Assembly: GCA_963828465.1 (NCBI GenBank)
Contig: CAWHEU010000009.1
Coordinates: forward strand, 9,318 to 73,317
Length of the DNA stretch: 64,000 bases
Direction of reading: 5' to 3'
Source of the DNA: an uncultured Acidobacteriota bacterium
GTDB taxonomy: Bacteria; Actinomycetota; Acidimicrobiia; Spongiisociales; ZC4RG35
Shown: positions 60,407 through 64,000 of the stretch, in pieces
Position numbering within the stretch: the stretch's first letter is position 1
Layout: the number at the start of each line of letters is the position of its first letter
The notes under the pieces: model-generated
The model's database searches: none
Told to the model about the DNA's origin: nothing
What the model saw: the letters and a program-made list of their open reading frames with translations, nothing else
Made by a program: the position numbers and the translations under genes

Positions 60407-61210
60407 GTGACCCAACCTCTGATCGACGACGCCTCGACCGACACTGTCGGTGCGCTTCCAGCCGTGTGGGCCAAGGGTCTCGTTCGCCGATTCGGCAAGA
60501 CGGTGGCTGTCGATCATGTCGACCTGTCGATCAAGCCAGGCGAGTTCTACGGGCTTCTCGGTCAGAACGGCGCCGGTAAGACGACGACCATCAAGACCAT
60601 CGTCGGACTGCTTCGACCGGACGAGGGCACGGTCGGAATAGGCCAATTCGACACGTGGAGGAACCCGACCGAGGTCAAGTCCCGGATCGGAGTCCTACCC
60701 GAGGAGTTCAACCTCTACGAGCGGTTGACCGGTGCCGAACTGCTCGATTTCACCGCAGCGATGCATGGCCTGGACCGCGAGGAGGCCGCAAGGCGGCGCA
60801 ACGAGCTGCTCGACCTGCTCGACCTGCTCGAAGCCGGTTCGAAGATGGTGGGCGACTACTCGCGGGGGATGCGGAAGAAGATCGCCCTCGGTGCCGCCAT
60901 CATTCATCGGCCGCCGGTGCTGTTCCTCGATGAGCCGTTCGAAGGCGTCGACGCGGTGTCGGCCCGTCTTATCCGTCGTCTCCTCCAACAGGCTGCGCAG
61001 GGCGGTACCACCATCGTCTTCTCGTCACACGAGATGCATCTGGTGGAGAAGCTGTGCACCAGGATCGGAATCATGGTGGCGGGCAAGCTCACCGTCGAAG
61101 AGACGCCCAACGGACTGTGCCGAAGGATGGGTGTCGACAACGTCGAAGACGCCTTCATCGCCGCGGTGGGCGGGCGGACACCGGACTCGTCGTGGTACGC
61201 AGGCTCGTAG
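60407..61210 (+). CDS. ABC transporter ATP-binding protein (ABC-2 type)
   Basis: GQNGAGKTT, YSRGMRKK, LDEPFEGVD. Confidence 0.88.
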   Translation: MTQPLIDDASTDTVGALPAVWAKGLVRRFGKTVAVDHVDLSIKPGEFYGLLGQNGAGKTTTIKTIVGLLRPDEGTVGIGQFDTWRNPTEVKSRIGVLPEEFNLYERLTGAELLDFTAAMHGLDREEAARRRNELLDLLDLLEAGSKMVGDYSRGMRKKIALGAAIIHRPPVLFLDEPFEGVDAVSARLIRRLLQQAAQGGTTIVFSSHEMHLVEKLCTRIGIMVAGKLTVEETPNGLCRRMGVDNVEDAFIAAVGGRTPDSSWYAGS

Positions 61211-62796
61211 AGCTCAAGGCTCGTCTCACCTGGAACGGATTTCGCCACGACCGACAGCGGCGGATCGGCCTTCCGGTTGCGACGATCCTCCTCGGGTGGC
61301 TCGGGCTCTGGTTGTCCCAGGCGCACTATCAAAACATCATCCTGCTCCAGCAGTCCGATCCGGCGGCTCTCCCCCACTATCTGGCCTGGACCGCTCTCAT
61401 CGCGTTCATCGTGTGGGTGACCCTCCCCGTCATCATCTTCCCGCTCGATGAGAACCTCGACCCACAACAGCTGGCCACCTTCCCCCTCACGCCGAATCAG
61501 TTGGTCACCGGGCTCGCAGCTTCCAGCCTCGTCGCCCCATCGACGATCGTTCCGCTAGCCCTCCTCGCCGCCAATGCCGTCGCCATCGGCGGAGCCTGGT
61601 GGATGTCCATCCCTGCCTCCCTCGTCTTCCTCGCGTTGCTCGCCGTCGGGGGCCAGTTGTTCTCGGCCACCGTCTCAGCCGTTCTCCGTACCCGCCGCGG
61701 ACGGGATATCGCCACCTTCCTGATCCTCGGTCTGGCCGCCGGGTCCTTCTTCGCGTATCGCGTCGTGAGCGACACCGTGGCGGAACTAGGTCTGGCCGGA
61801 GCGGTGACTTCGACACCGATCATCGGCTGGTGGGCCCTGCTCCCGCCGGTGGCGGCCCAGAAGGCAATGTTCGACGCATCGACTGGCCATGTCGGGTCAG
61901 GCCTCCTGGCCCTCGCCGCTGCATCGGCCGGTCTCATCGTGCTCGCGGTGACCTGGCGCCGTCTACTCGGATGGCTCCTGTCGACACCGGTCCAGCAGAG
62001 CAAGCCTGCCGCGCGTGCTCGCCGGGGAGGCATGACCATCGGCCCGTGGGGTGTGGTCCCGACCATGGCCCGCAAAGAGCTGCGCTTCTACATACGTGAT
62101 CCCCGACAGCGTCTTGTGTGGACCGGCACCGTCATCTTCGTCGGCCTCGCCATCGGCGGGGCGGTCATGAACGCCACCGGGTTCTTCGATCTGAGAGATC
62201 GCGCCTGGGCGCCGTTGATAGCCCCGATCCTCGTCCTGTTCGTTGGGCTTCCCATCGCCCTCAACCTGTTCGGATGGGAGCGAAATGCCGCCAGCTACCT
62301 GTTCGTTCTCCCGCCCAAGCCCCATCAGATCCTGCTCGGGAAGAACCTGGCGGTCGCAGGAGGGCTCGCCGTGGAGACCACCGTGCTCACGCTCGGGCTT
62401 GCATTCTTTACCGGTCAGTGGACCTGGGTCTGGCTCGTCGTCCCCCTGACGGTGGCGGCCATCGGATGCCAGCTCGCCGTGGGCAACCTGGTCTCCGTCT
62501 TGACCCCTCTTCGCCTCCCACGAGAGGGAACGGACGTGTTCGCCCAATCGACCGAACAGGGTTGCCTCGCAATCGTCAGCCAGACGGTGTCCTTCTTCGC
62601 CATCGGGCTCCTGCTGGTCCCACCGGCCGCGGTCGTCGTCCTCACGGTTGACTTCGGGCAGGCGCTCGCCCCATGGGTAGCTGTCGTGGCTGCCATCGCC
62701 TGGGGGTTGGCCCTCTACGGGATCTCCCTGTTCGTCTCCAGCCGCCTCCTGCGCCGCCGGATGCCCGAAGTGCTCAACTGGGTACAGGTGGTCTGA
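61192..62796 (+). CDS. ABC-2 type permease
   Basis: LVELKARL, DENLDP..L..FPL, KELRFY.RDPR, NLFG.E; more than 10 TMs. Confidence 0.82.
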   Translation: MVRRLVELKARLTWNGFRHDRQRRIGLPVATILLGWLGLWLSQAHYQNIILLQQSDPAALPHYLAWTALIAFIVWVTLPVIIFPLDENLDPQQLATFPLTPNQLVTGLAASSLVAPSTIVPLALLAANAVAIGGAWWMSIPASLVFLALLAVGGQLFSATVSAVLRTRRGRDIATFLILGLAAGSFFAYRVVSDTVAELGLAGAVTSTPIIGWWALLPPVAAQKAMFDASTGHVGSGLLALAAASAGLIVLAVTWRRLLGWLLSTPVQQSKPAARARRGGMTIGPWGVVPTMARKELRFYIRDPRQRLVWTGTVIFVGLAIGGAVMNATGFFDLRDRAWAPLIAPILVLFVGLPIALNLFGWERNAASYLFVLPPKPHQILLGKNLAVAGGLAVETTVLTLGLAFFTGQWTWVWLVVPLTVAAIGCQLAVGNLVSVLTPLRLPREGTDVFAQSTEQGCLAIVSQTVSFFAIGLLLVPPAAVVVLTVDFGQALAPWVAVVAAIAWGLALYGISLFVSSRLLRRRMPEVLNWVQVV

Positions 62797-62803
62797 CGGC
62801 TGG

Positions 62804-63220
62804 TCAGTTTCTGAGCACATTCGGATTCGATCCAATCGGGACCTCGATGAAGTCCGGAAGCGTCTTGAGCACGTCCTCGGCTCCGGCCGGTGCATAGACG
62901 GCGAGAATCACCATCGGCTCATAGCCGGTGTTCAAAGTCGAATGGAAGATACGTTTGGGAATCCACACGGCGTTGCCCGGAACGACCGGAGTGGGCTCGC
63001 CGTCGTCGATCATCTGGTCCCCCCTTCCCGAGAGGATGTACAGGATCTCGTCCGACTCTGGGTGGTTGTGTCGATCGTGGCCCTTGCCAGGAAAGAGGAT
63101 GACGTGCATGAGACTGCAATCGCCCTCATCCGTGTTGTCGGTGGCCACGAGAGGCTTGATGATCCCCCAGTCGAAGGTCCACGTGGGTAGGGAGGCTGGA
63201 TCAACGAACTTGGCGGACAT
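62804..63220 (-). CDS. Cupin domain protein
   Basis: PGKGHDRHNHPESDEILYILSG, IP...FHST.N, AVYAPAG.E. Confidence 0.88.
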   Translation of the reverse strand: MSAKFVDPASLPTWTFDWGIIKPLVATDNTDEGDCSLMHVILFPGKGHDRHNHPESDEILYILSGRGDQMIDDGEPTPVVPGNAVWIPKRIFHSTLNTGYEPMVILAVYAPAGAEDVLKTLPDFIEVPIGSNPNVLRN

Positions 63221-63234
63221 GTGAGTTCCTTGCT

Positions 63235-64000
63235 CTAGACGGTGAGGGACTTGAAGCGCCTCATGTTCTCGGTCATGGCCACTTCGGTTGGCAGACGCTC
63301 CATCGATGAGGCGCCGAAGAAGCCCACGATCCCCTCGGTGCGATCGAGGACATACTGGGCGTCGTCGGGCTCGGCCAGGGGCCCTCCGTGGCAGAGCACG
63401 ACGATGTCCTCGTTGACGCCGACCGCGGCGTCATGCATGGCCTGGATCTCGACGACGCAATCGTCCAACGTCTTGGCGGTCTGCGCCCCGATGGTCCCAG
63501 AGGTGGTGAGACCCATGTGGGGGACGAGCACGTCGGCCCCGGCCTTGGTCATCGCGACGGCATCGTCGGGATTGAAGACGTAGGGCGAGGTGAGGAGCCC
63601 CAGACCGGAGGCCTCCCTGATCATGTCCACCTCCAGCCCGTACCCCATACCGGTCTCCTCGAGGTTGGCACGGAACGTCCCATCGATGAGGCCCACCGTG
63701 GGGAAGTTCTGCACCCCGGCGAATCCAGCGTCCATGACCTGGCGGAGGAAGTTGGGAATCATCCGAAAAGGATCGGTCCCGCACACGCCCGCCAGCACCG
63801 GCGTTTGGTCGACGACGGGCAAGACCTCGTTACCCATCTCCATCACGATCGCATTGGCGTCGCCATAGGGGAGCAGCCCTGCCAGCGATCCCCGACCCGC
63901 CATTCGATAACGACCCGAGTTGTAGATGATGATCAGGTCGGCGCCACCCGCCTCGGCGCACTTCGCCGAGAGGCCGGTCCCGGCGCCGGCCCCGATGATC
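63235..64000 (-). CDS. TIM-barrel 'phosphoenolpyruvate hydrolase-like' (Tm-1-like) protein, 5' end outside window
   Basis: [68 protein letters not shown]. Confidence 0.9.
   Translation of the reverse strand, partial: IIGAGAGTGLSAKCAEAGGADLIIIYNSGRYRMAGRGSLAGLLPYGDANAIVMEMGNEVLPVVDQTPVLAGVCGTDPFRMIPNFLRQVMDAGFAGVQNFPTVGLIDGTFRANLEETGMGYGLEVDMIREASGLGLLTSPYVFNPDDAVAMTKAGADVLVPHMGLTTSGTIGAQTAKTLDDCVVEIQAMHDAAVGVNEDIVVLCHGGPLAEPDDAQYVLDRTEGIVGFFGASSMERLPTEVAMTENMRRFKSLTV

Overview
High-GC chromosomal segment of an actinobacterium, most likely Acidimicrobiia. This is inferred from the WhiB proteins, SenX3/RegX3, a GlnR-like regulator and the many Thr-rich lipoproteins. Content is mostly housekeeping: three polar amino-acid ABC systems, dxs, a complete Pho cluster (ppk1, pstSCAB, phoU, regX3, senX3) with a PHO box, glnA plus a glnR-like gene, metB-family, Fe-S helpers (erpA, mrp), selA-selB, two whiB genes, tRNA-Pro(CGG), ask-asd, murJ, mce, thiolase, glpX, dnaX-ybaB-recR, and a cupin/TIM-barrel (Tm-1-like) module at the right edge. 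About ten single-base indels break otherwise intact genes and are probably sequencing or assembly errors. The most interesting unannotated signals are: (1) a 51-bp dispersed repeat with terminal inverted repeats in three copies, two of them head-to-head upstream of selA; (2) a candidate ~100-nt structured small RNA with its own terminator at ~37.8 kb; (3) a twice-repeated TCTAA-N18-TTAGA operator at the left edge; (4) an adenylate-cyclase C-terminal relic abutting the pstS PHO box; (5) many apparently leaderless genes. No CRISPR array, rRNA, transposase or integrase was seen.
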